The notes beneath the pieces were generated by a model. It worked only from the letters and a program-made list of their open reading frames with translations. It was not told the DNA's origin and made no database searches. From positions 1 through 64,000 of IMG/VR virus record IMGVR_UViG_3300008952_002488: a stretch of 64,000 nucleotides of DNA; one strand, written 5' to 3'. Source of the stretch: a virus. Both the position numbers and the translations under genes were made by a program. Shown piece after piece: positions 1-9,097 of the stretch. How positions within the stretch are numbered: position 1 is the stretch's first letter; the number at the start of each line of letters is the position of its first letter.

Positions 1-8
1 TCGCAACT

Positions 9-329
9 GTGGTCTGTACGATTTTCATGGGTCTCCTTTTATATGTTGTAAATGAGAGCCGAATTGAGGAGCGACTCGAAACGGCTGCGAGCCACGCTCT
101 TTACAATTTGGAAAGCGTCATCAAACGGCAGAATATAGAGATACAGCAATTGAAGGCAGAAAATAAAAAGATATACAATCACATAAAATTCTGGGCTCCC
201 ATAGAACACAGGCTACCACCAGGCGTGATAGAAAAATGGGACATCAAAGGATATGGTGTTCCCAAATATGAACTCCACTCCCAGAATGTGTGTGAAGAGG
301 ATATGTTATGCTTACCTTTCTTGGAATAA
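9..329 (+). CDS. hypothetical protein (N-terminal hydrophobic segment and coiled coil; may start before the window)
   Basis: ORF track; hydrophobic N-terminus; overlaps the next gene. Confidence 0.5.
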   Translation: MVCTIFMGLLLYVVNESRIEERLETAASHALYNLESVIKRQNIEIQQLKAENKKIYNHIKFWAPIEHRLPPGVIEKWDIKGYGVPKYELHSQNVCEEDMLCLPFLE

Positions 330-1111
330 TCGTTTTAGTAATTTTTGTCCATGAACTTGGACACTATGTCGCTGCCCGTGCTGTTGGCGTCGCCGTTGAT
401 AGTTTTTCAATAGGCTTCGGCAAAGTCCTCCTCAAGAAGAAAATATGGGGAACTGAATGGCGACTTTCTTTATTACCGCTGGGCGGATATATCAAACCAC
501 GAGGCGAACAAGATTATCATAATGTTGAGAACGACCCCGAGTCCTTTTGGGCGGTGTCGGCATGGAAGCGAGCCTTTATAGCGGTGATGGGTCCGGTATT
601 TAATTTGTTGTTGCCGTGGCCATTATATTTTATGCTGCTTGTTGGGCAGCCATATCCTGATGTTTATATACCAGAAGGGGCGACTCCCCACCGCATAGGT
701 GTGATGGAAGCGGCTGGTTATTCACATCAGGTTTCCCTAAAAATGTATAAGAGTATATGGGAGGCAGTAACGGTGCCTCGACAAGAGCCTATGTCTGTCA
801 AAGAAATTGGTGGACCTGTTGCAGTTTACGAGTTCACAGAGCAAGCCAGAAAGCGGAGCGCAGAAACAGGAGACTGGGGATTTCTAATCGACTGGATAGC
901 CTTTTTCTCCATCAATCTCGGCGTCATTAATCTACTACCAATTCCAGTATTAGATGGTGGACATATCGGTATCTCTGTGGTGGAAGGTATAAGACGTAAA
1001 AAATTGGCAGTAAAGACACGAAACGTACTAAATATTATTGGTGCGGTTCTAGTGCTCGGAATTTTTGTTTTGGCAATAACTTCTGATGTGCTACGACTTA
1101 CTGGAATCTAG
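308..1111 (+). CDS. RseP-like site-2 intramembrane zinc metalloprotease (M50), apparently without a PDZ domain
   Basis: HELGH zinc motif, FSIGFG, LPLGGYI, GPVFN and NLLPIPVLDGG motifs; several TM segments. Confidence 0.9.
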   Translation: MLTFLGIIVLVIFVHELGHYVAARAVGVAVDSFSIGFGKVLLKKKIWGTEWRLSLLPLGGYIKPRGEQDYHNVENDPESFWAVSAWKRAFIAVMGPVFNLLLPWPLYFMLLVGQPYPDVYIPEGATPHRIGVMEAAGYSHQVSLKMYKSIWEAVTVPRQEPMSVKEIGGPVAVYEFTEQARKRSAETGDWGFLIDWIAFFSINLGVINLLPIPVLDGGHIGISVVEGIRRKKLAVKTRNVLNIIGAVLVLGIFVLAITSDVLRLTGI

Positions 1112-1113
1112 GA

Positions 1114-1122
1114 ACTATTTAT
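1114..1122 (+). promoter_or_regulatory. putative phage late promoter motif ACTATTTAT
   Basis: Same motif at 7870, 8606, 9432, 23580, 26307; variants at 17484, 19435, 20115, 20647, 29473, 31241, each upstream of a gene start. Confidence 0.65.
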
Positions 1123-1144
1123 AACAACCCTCGGGGGGAACAAA

Positions 1145-1249
1145 ATGAAACTCGTACTTCACAAGTTGGTTAATCTTTTTAATGATAAGCACTGTTGCTG
1201 TTGCTGCGGATGCTGCTCCTGCTCGGGGTGCAAAGGAGAATGCAAGTGA
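1145..1249 (+). CDS. 34-aa cysteine-rich, metallothionein-like peptide (MKLVLHKLVNLFNDKHCCCCCGCCSCSGCKGECK)
   Basis: Manual translation; G-rich SD upstream; its TGA overlaps the next gene's GTG; 10 Cys in the last 18 residues. Confidence 0.65.
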   Translation: MKLVLHKLVNLFNDKHCCCCCGCCSCSGCKGECK

Positions 1250-1710
1250 AAATTAAAGAATCTAAGCTAAGAGAAATTATAAAACAAACGATCTATACAG
1301 AGGTTGGTAGGCGGGCTATTAACGAAGGCCGCATTGATGAACTTTTTGGTTTATTTGGTGGCGGCAAGAAAGGGAAGAAGGGTAATGTTGTTACTTTAGA
1401 TAATCCCGATAAACACACCGGACAGCTTCAGAAAGCTTTTAATGAAATTGGTGGAGCAATGTCAGGCATGGGTGCAAAAGCTATTCCACAATTATTTTCA
1501 AATTTGGCAAAGGCTTTTGCTAAAGGTGGGACAGCCCCTCACGACGAAAACCTTCTTGCTAAAGCTATGATTGAATTTAAAGACCTGAAAGCAAAAGGTT
1601 CGATGCGTGGCTTTGATGGCGTTGAAGAGATGTTGCTTAGTCTAAAGAACAAGCAAATAGGTGACCAGTCCGTTGATAAATTTATGAATGCAATGCTGAA
1701 GCTAACCTAA
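1246..1710 (+). CDS. leader-bearing putative internal virion protein (MKIKESKLREIIKQ...)
   Basis: GTG start with AGGAG SD; N-terminal ~40 aa paralogous to 8644..9096. Confidence 0.65.
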   Translation: MKIKESKLREIIKQTIYTEVGRRAINEGRIDELFGLFGGGKKGKKGNVVTLDNPDKHTGQLQKAFNEIGGAMSGMGAKAIPQLFSNLAKAFAKGGTAPHDENLLAKAMIEFKDLKAKGSMRGFDGVEEMLLSLKNKQIGDQSVDKFMNAMLKLT

Positions 1711-1722
1711 TTGGGATAAAAA

Positions 1723-2910
1723 ATGAATCTCAAAGATCACTTAATAGAACTTATTAACGAAGTCACTCAAGGTGAGATGGAGTTTGCTGAATTAGAAGCA
1801 GCCCGTCAAAACTACAAAGAAAATTTTAGAGACGACGAGGCACGCCACCAGTTTGGAATGATGGTAGAAAAACTCGTAGAACCTATTATGAGTGAGATGG
1901 GACTTTTTTTGGAGGCTGAAGCATTTTATAATCGTGGCGAGATTGTGTTTACCAACTATAAGAACATAGATGTAACGATTGACCCGCTTGGGATGATGGG
2001 AAGATATGATGTTCAGGTGACACCACTCGCTGGCTCGGAAGGCGAAATCAACCCAATGGAGATAAGCCTTGATAGCATGAAAGGCGTCGCCCAATTTATC
2101 AAAGATGAATACCGGGATCAACTATCCCGAGGCGGAACATATGAACAACCACCAAGAGGAATGGTCGGCGAACCAGAAGGACAAATGGAATTGCCCTTAC
2201 CCAGGGAGAGTAAAATGAGAATTACAAAATCACAACTACAACAAATTATTCGGGAAGAAACCAAAAACCTCAAAGAAGCCGCTTCTCGGGAACAGATTGA
2301 AAACTATCTCAGAGACATAGCCGACGGCATGGCTGCCGACGGGCTGAACCCCATGGCAATCAAAATGGGTCTCAACGATGAGTTCATGGATAACTTTGCC
2401 GGAATGGGCGTTCCCTATGGTGCGTTTGAGGAATTTATAGAAGAACTAGCAATGGACGCCGGAGGTGGCATTCGTGTGGAGAACAAAACGAAAATCACGA
2501 AGACTCAACTACAGCAAATCATCAAAGAAGAGATGGAAGCTGAACTTAGCGAAGATAAGTACGCCACCGAGGATGACCGCCCTCTGGGAACAGGTCGCTC
2601 TTTGATGAGTGCCGAAGACGCAAAAAAAGCATCCAGAATGGCTGACAGGTTATATAGCATTCTCGGACCAGACAGTAGCGTTGACTCAGCAGCCAGAATT
2701 TTGGTTCGGCGACTCTCTTACCTCCTGAAGAGGGGTATCGCTGGTGGGCGTCCCGAACCCGAAGGACTGGGAGGACCCTCTTCTGCGGCAGAAATGGAAG
2801 ATTACGAAAGCGATTATCGTGACCCGCCAAGCAAGCCACTCAAAACGGGCAAAGGTCGCCGAGGACCAAGCAAGGCTCAACTTGATATGATGAAGGACTA
2901 CGACATATGA
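1723..2910 (+). CDS. putative internal virion polyprotein with two internal ITKxQLQQIIxEE leader copies
   Basis: MRITKSQLQQIIREE at 2215 and KITKTQLQQIIKEE at about 2491. Confidence 0.7.
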   Translation: MNLKDHLIELINEVTQGEMEFAELEAARQNYKENFRDDEARHQFGMMVEKLVEPIMSEMGLFLEAEAFYNRGEIVFTNYKNIDVTIDPLGMMGRYDVQVTPLAGSEGEINPMEISLDSMKGVAQFIKDEYRDQLSRGGTYEQPPRGMVGEPEGQMELPLPRESKMRITKSQLQQIIREETKNLKEAASREQIENYLRDIADGMAADGLNPMAIKMGLNDEFMDNFAGMGVPYGAFEEFIEELAMDAGGGIRVENKTKITKTQLQQIIKEEMEAELSEDKYATEDDRPLGTGRSLMSAEDAKKASRMADRLYSILGPDSSVDSAARILVRRLSYLLKRGIAGGRPEPEGLGGPSSAAEMEDYESDYRDPPSKPLKTGKGRRGPSKAQLDMMKDYDI

Positions 2911-3236
2911 AAATCACAAAATCACAACTACGAAAGATTATCAAAGAGGAACTCAAAGAAGCCGGACTCCCACACAGTATGCGGTCAGGAAGATCTATGG
3001 GCGACTTAGACAGGGAAGCAAAAATGAGAGAAACAGATTTCCTCGCTAAGAAGTCAACAGAACTTGACCTCGCCAGAGACGCCGCCCGACCTGCTGACCC
3101 GATTGGACCAGATGATGCCTATGCAATTGCCGAGGTACTTACGGACTTGGGCTTTACTCTTACACGAGGCGGAATGAACAAGTTTGCTGATTTCCTTATT
3201 GACCTAGAAGCCTCCGAAGATTTACGGAGAACATAA
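2907..3236 (+). CDS. MKITKSQLRKIIKEE-leader protein
   Basis: Shared leader; ATGA overlap with the upstream gene. Confidence 0.8.
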   Translation: MKITKSQLRKIIKEELKEAGLPHSMRSGRSMGDLDREAKMRETDFLAKKSTELDLARDAARPADPIGPDDAYAIAEVLTDLGFTLTRGGMNKFADFLIDLEASEDLRRT

Positions 3237-3499
3237 TGAAAATCACCAAGTCTCAACTACGAAAGATCATTAAAGAAGAACTCCAAGCGGAAGCAGCCGA
3301 AGACCCTCGTGCCCCATCGCCCAAGTCTTATGAATATCCCGATGCTGGCAGCAGCTTCCGAAGAGCGGTAATGAACATGGTCCTTCAAAATGTTGACCTA
3401 TCGGTGCCCCCCGGAAAAAGAGAACAACTCATCAACGACATTCAGTTGGCGTTTGATGCCGCCGGCATCGGCGGACCTATTAGCAGGATGGAACAATAA
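3236..3499 (+). CDS. MKITKSQLRKIIKEE-leader protein
   Basis: Shared leader; TAATG overlap. Confidence 0.8.
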   Translation: MKITKSQLRKIIKEELQAEAAEDPRAPSPKSYEYPDAGSSFRRAVMNMVLQNVDLSVPPGKREQLINDIQLAFDAAGIGGPISRMEQ

Positions 3500-3789
3500 T
3501 GAAAATCACAAAGACCCAACTACGAAAGATTATCAAAGAAGCCATCGGCGAAGAGAACGCTTTGATGAAGACTATTAATCGCTGGTCCGAAGAAGGAAAA
3601 GATGTTCCTGTCGGAAAAACGGTAGGAAGAGCAGAGCGCAGCGACCAACTAGACGCAATTCTACAACACATGAGCACGGACCTCGGAAAAGCCATGGATG
3701 TTGTTTCTTACTTGGTAATGAACACTGACCAAGCCGTCCTTGATAAGTGGTTTGAAGGACGAGGCTTGCTCGGAGACCCAGGAGCATAA
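3499..3789 (+). CDS. MKITKTQLRKIIKEA-leader protein
   Basis: Shared leader; TAATG overlap. Confidence 0.8.
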   Translation: MKITKTQLRKIIKEAIGEENALMKTINRWSEEGKDVPVGKTVGRAERSDQLDAILQHMSTDLGKAMDVVSYLVMNTDQAVLDKWFEGRGLLGDPGA

Positions 3790-3790
3790 A

Positions 3791-4048
3791 ATGAAAATAA
3801 CAAAACAACAACTACAAAAAGTTATTAGAGAAGAAGTCACAAAGGCTCTGCGTGAAGACGCCAGCGACGACACCTTTGAAATGGTGGATGTAATCGTCCA
3901 GGCACTAGGACCACAACAAGCCCTTGAAGAACTAGTCCAAGCTATGGAACGCTCCAACGCCCAAGACCTTCTTGGTTATGTTATGCAAATGCACGACATG
4001 CGTATGCCGGGCGACGAAGTTGAAGACTACAAGCCCAGCGATTTTTAG
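3791..4048 (+). CDS. MKITKQQLQKVIREE-leader protein
   Basis: Shared leader; start reassigned to ATG 3791. Confidence 0.8.
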   Translation: MKITKQQLQKVIREEVTKALREDASDDTFEMVDVIVQALGPQQALEELVQAMERSNAQDLLGYVMQMHDMRMPGDEVEDYKPSDF

Positions 4049-4057
4049 GCAAACAAA

Positions 4058-4267
4058 ATGAAAATCACAAAATCTTTACTTCAACAGATTATCAAAGAAG
4101 AACTCCTCAAAGAGCGAGTTTCTTCTGGGGTTGAAGAGATTGACGAGAAGATACAAGAAGTAGAGGATTTCATCAGAGAAAGAATAGATTCTCTAGACAT
4201 GATTGATTTTGCCGCACTACTTGGCGCTTTGAAGGTAAGAATAAAAAATAAGCTCGGACAAGAATAG
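4058..4267 (+). CDS. MKITKSLLQQIIKEE-leader protein
   Basis: Shared leader. Confidence 0.8.
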   Translation: MKITKSLLQQIIKEELLKERVSSGVEEIDEKIQEVEDFIRERIDSLDMIDFAALLGALKVRIKNKLGQE

Positions 4268-4331
4268 CCCAGCCTAAACACCCCAAACATCATCTGATAC
4301 AATAAGACACACTGACAGAAGGAGTGCGCCT

Positions 4332-7300
4332 ATGGTGCGGATAGCACATTTTGGGGATACCCATATCAAAAACCTGAAATATCATTATGAATATCGTAAG
4401 GCATTTGAGCATATCTACGAGACCCTGCGGAGGGAGAACGTAGATTACATTGTTCATTGTGGCGACTTGGCTCACACAAAAACACAACTCTCACCAGAGT
4501 ATTTTGAGCTAGCCACAGATTTCCTAAAGAACTTGGCTGACATCGCCGAGACCCATATCATCCTCGGCAATCACGACGGCAACCTACGGAACAGCAGCCG
4601 CCAAGATGCTATCACTCCAATTGTGGAAGCACTTAACCACCCAAGTCTAATTCTACACAAGTATTCCGGGGAAATGTTTCTGGAGGATAATCTCTCCTTA
4701 AATATAATGTCCATTTTTGACGAAACCAATTGGCTCGACCCCGCCGACCCAGACGCAATCAACATCGCTCTTTATCACGGAGCAATTAATAATAGCCAAA
4801 CAGACCTCGGCTGGGTGATGGACCACGGCGACCACGACATTTCGGTGTTTGACAAGTTTGACTATGCCATGTTGGGCGACATCCACAAGACCAATCAGGT
4901 TCTCAACGAGAGCGGGACTATCCGCTATTGTGGCTCTACTATCCAGCAAAATCACGGCGAGACAAACGACAAGGGCTTTTTGATTTGGGACATCAAAAGC
5001 AAAACCCACTATGATGTGAAGCATCACCTCGTCAAAAATGTCAAACCCTTTATGACGATTGAACTCACAGAGAAGGGCAACATCCCACGCAAGTTGGATA
5101 TCCCAGAAGGTGCCCGACTGCGTGTGGTGACGCACCACAAAGTCTCACTAGACAAAATCCGCCGTGTGATGGATATTGTCAAAACCCGTTTCAAGCCTGA
5201 GAGCCTCTCTTTTGTAAATAAAGCGGGACTAAAACGAGACAGCGTAAATGTTGACGACCTTGGCAATACGGAGAACCTACGAGACCCCGCAGTCCAAGAG
5301 CGATTAATTCGGGAATACCTAAAAGAATATGAACCCGATACCAAGACATTAGAAAAGGTTTTCCAACTAAATTCCAAGTACGACAGCTATGTCAACGGCG
5401 ATGAGGCTGGGCTACGAAATGTAGAGTGGTCGCTGAAAAAGATGGAGTGGGACAACCTATTCAATTACGGAGAAGGCAACACCGTCAATTTTGAGAAACT
5501 CAACGGCGTTGTCGGCATCTTCGGTAAAAACTATTCAGGCAAGAGTTCTGTTGTTGACAGTATGCTTTACACGGTGTATAATTCAATTAGCAAGAACAAC
5601 CGCAAGAACCTAAACATCATTAACCAGAATAAGCCCTCTGGCTGCGGACGAGTCGAGATTGATGTATCAGGCAAGACCTACATCATTGAGCGGAAGTCCG
5701 AGAAGTACACTCGCAAACTTCACGGAGAAGAAACCGAAGAAGCCAAGACCGATGTAGAGTTCACGGTGATTGACCCAGCCACCAACGAGGAAACTAGCCT
5801 CAACTCGCTGGATCGCAACGGCACAGACAAAGCAATTCGGCGAATCTTTGGAACAATTGACGACTTTTTGCTAACAAGTATGTCCAGCCAGATGGGTGCG
5901 ATGACCTTCATCAACGAGGGTTCAACCAAGCGCAAGGAAATCCTCGCCAAATTTTTAGACCTTGACCAGTTTGAGAAGAAGTTTAGGCGCTCTAAGGAGG
6001 ACAGCATAGAAACCCGAGCCCTGCTCAGAAAATTGGAAGATAATACTTTTGATGAAGATATTACGCAACTCCTCGGAGAACTGACCGATAATGAAAAAGC
6101 AAGGGAAAAGCAGGAAAGGAAATGCGAGAAACTAACCACCGAGTTAGAGACCATTTCCGAGCGAGTCAAAGAGATTGATGGACTTTTCGCATCTGCCCCT
6201 GTTGAACTTATCAACATCGGAAAAGAGACAGCAAGACTTGCGACAGCAGGACAAGAGCGGTCTGATTACAATCTCAAAATTGCCCAGACTAAAAACCAAA
6301 AGAAAGATGTTTTGGAACAAGCGAAAGTCCTCAAAGGACTGCTAGACAAAACAGATGTGTCAGCACTCAAAGAAAAGATTACAGAGTGCGAAGGCATCCA
6401 AAAAGAACTCACCAGCTTAGAAGCAGAGATAAATCTGCGGGAAACCCAAAAAGAAAACTACGAGAAGAAGGTTAGTATTCTCGGCGAAGTGCCCTGCGGA
6501 CCCGAGTTCTCCCATTGTAAATTTATCAAGGACGCCTATGAGTCCAAGTCTCTGCTGGGTGACTGCCGCAAAAGTCTGATGGCTCTCCGCCGCCGCCACA
6601 ACCAGTTGACAACCAAACTGGAAGGTATGGATGTAGAGACACTAGAATCAGAGCGGAACCTCTACAACGACAGGGACAAGGAATATGCTGACCTCTGCAC
6701 CGAGGCAACCAACCTTGACCTATCTTTGGCGCAGATAAAAAATAAACTCCACCTCCTCACCAACGAGATGGCAAGCATCAAAACAAAAATTGAGGTTTAT
6801 GAATTAAACAAGGAAGCAATTGAGAACCGAGAGGAACTCATCAAAGAGCAAGATGACCTCAAAGAAAAGTCCATCAAAATGGAAAGCGACATTGTTATCT
6901 GCGAAACCAAGGTGCTTGACCTTGTAAAACAGCACGGCGGCATTGAAACCCAGATTGAAAACATCAAAGACAAACAACAAGAACTGGAAGACCTGCGGAC
7001 TGACTACGCTGCCTACGATTTGTTCATGCGCTGCACTCATCCTAATGGCATCAGTTATGATGTGGTGAAGCGGATGCTACCTCTTATCAACGAGGAGATC
7101 AGCACGGTGCTTGCCAACGTCACCGACTTCGACATCTTTTTCGAGGCAGAAAAGAATAAATTAGACATCTTCATCAAACATCCAAAGTACGAAGCACGAC
7201 CTTTAGAGATGGCTTCTGGAGCAGAAAAAACGCTCGCAGCCATCGCCATCCGCATCGCCCTAACCAATGTGTCAACCCTACCAAAATCTGACATTATGAT

Positions 7301-7484
7301 TATGGATGAACCGGGCACAGCCTTGGACGCCGAAAACCTTGAAGGCTTTATGCGAGTGATGGAAATGATCAAGGGCTACTACAAAACTGTGCTTTTGATT
7401 ACTCACTTGGATAGTCTCAAAGATATTGCGGATATGACTATTGACATTGAACGTCAAGATGGGTATGCTTTCGTATCTCAATAA
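4332..7484 (+). CDS. Mre11/SbcD nuclease fused to Rad50/SbcC ATPase (T4 gp47-gp46 equivalent)
   Basis: Phosphoesterase motifs GDTH, GDLAH, GNHD, GDIH; Walker A GKNYSGKSS; long coiled coil with a Cys pair; ASGAEK signature; IMDEP Walker B; ITH H-loop. Confidence 0.92.
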   Translation: MVRIAHFGDTHIKNLKYHYEYRKAFEHIYETLRRENVDYIVHCGDLAHTKTQLSPEYFELATDFLKNLADIAETHIILGNHDGNLRNSSRQDAITPIVEALNHPSLILHKYSGEMFLEDNLSLNIMSIFDETNWLDPADPDAINIALYHGAINNSQTDLGWVMDHGDHDISVFDKFDYAMLGDIHKTNQVLNESGTIRYCGSTIQQNHGETNDKGFLIWDIKSKTHYDVKHHLVKNVKPFMTIELTEKGNIPRKLDIPEGARLRVVTHHKVSLDKIRRVMDIVKTRFKPESLSFVNKAGLKRDSVNVDDLGNTENLRDPAVQERLIREYLKEYEPDTKTLEKVFQLNSKYDSYVNGDEAGLRNVEWSLKKMEWDNLFNYGEGNTVNFEKLNGVVGIFGKNYSGKSSVVDSMLYTVYNSISKNNRKNLNIINQNKPSGCGRVEIDVSGKTYIIERKSEKYTRKLHGEETEEAKTDVEFTVIDPATNEETSLNSLDRNGTDKAIRRIFGTIDDFLLTSMSSQMGAMTFINEGSTKRKEILAKFLDLDQFEKKFRRSKEDSIETRALLRKLEDNTFDEDITQLLGELTDNEKAREKQERKCEKLTTELETISERVKEIDGLFASAPVELINIGKETARLATAGQERSDYNLKIAQTKNQKKDVLEQAKVLKGLLDKTDVSALKEKITECEGIQKELTSLEAEINLRETQKENYEKKVSILGEVPCGPEFSHCKFIKDAYESKSLLGDCRKSLMALRRRHNQLTTKLEGMDVETLESERNLYNDRDKEYADLCTEATNLDLSLAQIKNKLHLLTNEMASIKTKIEVYELNKEAIENREELIKEQDDLKEKSIKMESDIVICETKVLDLVKQHGGIETQIENIKDKQQELEDLRTDYAAYDLFMRCTHPNGISYDVVKRMLPLINEEISTVLANVTDFDIFFEAEKNKLDIFIKHPKYEARPLEMASGAEKTLAAIAIRIALTNVSTLPKSDIMIMDEPGTALDAENLEGFMRVMEMIKGYYKTVLLITHLDSLKDIADMTIDIERQDGYAFVSQ

Positions 7485-7689
7485 AATAAAATACCACTGG
7501 GAGTGTGGACGACATTCCAATATACCTCGGTGTTGTATCCTGTGGTTTATTGGTCCGTGGAGAATAGCATTGAGAGTTCCCAGACTTTGGGCTATGTTTT
7601 ATGAAAATGATTCACACTATATTCGGTGCCCCTTGTGCAGGGTTAGAAATCGCCGGAACAAAATAAAAGAGTGCGACTGTGAGATATGA
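7465..7689 (+). CDS. small Cys-rich hypothetical protein
   Basis: ORF with CC and CPLC motifs; ATGA overlap with the next gene. Confidence 0.55.
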   Translation: MLSYLNKIKYHWECGRHSNIPRCCILWFIGPWRIALRVPRLWAMFYENDSHYIRCPLCRVRNRRNKIKECDCEI

Positions 7690-7865
7690 GAGCAGGTGAT
7701 CTTGTTAGATTTAAATACTCGGGTGGAGATGCCGAGGGGTGGAAAGTTGGGCTACTCAAAGAATACCACACTTGGGAGAAAGTAGCAACCATTATTTATG
7801 AGGGAAAAGACATCCGAGTAATGGCGGGTCTTGTTCAAATACATAAAAGAGCAAAACGTCTATAG
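7686..7865 (+). CDS. small GDLV-type SH3/KOW-like protein (MRAGDLVRFK...)
   Basis: Manual translation, 59 aa; same N-terminal pattern as the 57-60 kb array. Confidence 0.65.
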   Translation: MRAGDLVRFKYSGGDAEGWKVGLLKEYHTWEKVATIIYEGKDIRVMAGLVQIHKRAKRL

Positions 7866-7869
7866 AGAG

Positions 7870-7878
7870 ACTATTTAT
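7870..7878 (+). promoter_or_regulatory. putative late promoter ACTATTTAT
   Basis: Recurrent motif upstream of 7907. Confidence 0.6.
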
Positions 7879-7906
7879 TTTATATTATATCAGAGGAGCG
7901 GCTCAA

Positions 7907-8572
7907 ATGAAAAACATGAAGCTTATTATGGAGTCATGGAGAACCTATGTTACAGAACAAGGTATGCTCGACGACCCAGGTTTAGCACCTTCCGGTGGAA
8001 AAGTCACAGGAAATCCCCAAATAGACCAAAAAATGTTTGATTATTTTAAGGAGTTTTTGCCTGGTGGTTCTCGCCACGGAGAAGATCCTGAACTTTGCGA
8101 ACTGGATATTGAGGGCACGAAACTTATGTGTCAAGATAACAAGGGTCTTGCAAGAAGCGTAATGCCTCAACTTAAAACAGCAGACGATCAAGATTTGGCA
8201 GAAGCGTTTGCCGACTATCTTGAGAGCCAAGGACACTCAGTATCAGAGACAACAGAACTTGCTTCGAACCTGAAAGCCACACAAAACCAATTAAAAGGAG
8301 CAAAGGTCAACGGCATGAACTCAGCCCTTGTGTCCACCGATGGAAAACATGATAAAATTCGAGCCCCAATTATTGTTAGCAGTGATAACTATGTTCTCGA
8401 CGGACACCACCGTTGGGCGTCTCAGGTAGTTTACGACTTTATGAATGGCACGCCAGGCGTTGAAGTTGCCGTCAGAAAGGTAAGTCTTCCCATCGATGAA
8501 CTGCTGGAGCTATCTAAGTATGATGGAGAGTTTTGCCAGACTAATGGGTGTGTTCCCCCCCAAGGGAGATAA
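7907..8572 (+). CDS. ParB/Srx-like domain protein with leader MKNMKLIMESWRTYVTE
   Basis: LKATQ...PIIVSSDNYVLDGHHRWA ParB-N motif; AGGAG SD. Confidence 0.75.
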   Translation: MKNMKLIMESWRTYVTEQGMLDDPGLAPSGGKVTGNPQIDQKMFDYFKEFLPGGSRHGEDPELCELDIEGTKLMCQDNKGLARSVMPQLKTADDQDLAEAFADYLESQGHSVSETTELASNLKATQNQLKGAKVNGMNSALVSTDGKHDKIRAPIIVSSDNYVLDGHHRWASQVVYDFMNGTPGVEVAVRKVSLPIDELLELSKYDGEFCQTNGCVPPQGR

Positions 8573-8605
8573 ATGTAACAAACGGGGGAGAAAGCAAGAA
8601 AGTAA

Positions 8606-8614
8606 ACTATTTAT
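8606..8614 (+). promoter_or_regulatory. putative late promoter ACTATTTAT
   Basis: Recurrent motif upstream of 8644. Confidence 0.6.
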
Positions 8615-8643
8615 TATTAGTTCTCCTAGGAGGGGCTCACAAA

Positions 8644-9096
8644 ATGAAAATTAAAAAGTCTAATTTAGAAAAACTAGTTCGAGAAGCCATTTACGCAGAG
8701 GTGGGTCGAAAGGTCCTCGCTGAAGGTCGTGTTGATGAATTTCTTGGCGGACTTTTCGGCGGCGGCGACATCGACCTTGGAGAAAAGAGTGCCGCAGCGC
8801 AGGAGCTAATGTATTACAAACCAGAAAGCGGCGGCGTTGGAAAAAAGATCCAAGATGCGATTGATGCGGGGTTGGATGATTACGTGACAATTCAACAAGT
8901 TTGGAACAAATTGGGCGAAGCCGTAGTCAATGGTCATTTTTTGGACGGCAAGGACCCAATGGTCAAAAAGATTAAGAAAAGCTGGGCTAATAAACAAGAG
9001 GAGCCCCGCCGATCCATGTATGAGATGATCTTCGAAAAAGGCTCGTCACTCGACGTACAGAAAGCCATTGAAGCGCAAATTGGAAGGGCAAAATAA
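8644..9096 (+). CDS. leader-bearing protein, N-terminal paralog of 1246..1710
   Basis: MKIKKSNLEKLVREAIYAEVGRKVLAEGRVDEFLGGLFGG vs MKIKESKLREIIKQTIYTEVGRRAINEGRIDELFGLFGG. Confidence 0.75.
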   Translation: MKIKKSNLEKLVREAIYAEVGRKVLAEGRVDEFLGGLFGGGDIDLGEKSAAAQELMYYKPESGGVGKKIQDAIDAGLDDYVTIQQVWNKLGEAVVNGHFLDGKDPMVKKIKKSWANKQEEPRRSMYEMIFEKGSSLDVQKAIEAQIGRAK

Positions 9097-9097
9097 A

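Noticed and set aside
1195-1245. MLLLRMLLLL 'signal peptide' of ORF 1195
   Set aside because: Alternative-frame reading of the Cys-rich micro-gene; the SD position supports GTG 1246.
2907-4110. Repeated ~45-bp DNA units considered as a CRISPR array or DGR template
   Set aside because: Repeats are degenerate at third codon positions, encode the leader peptide, and are separated by 200-330 bp ORFs; no cas or reverse transcriptase gene is present.
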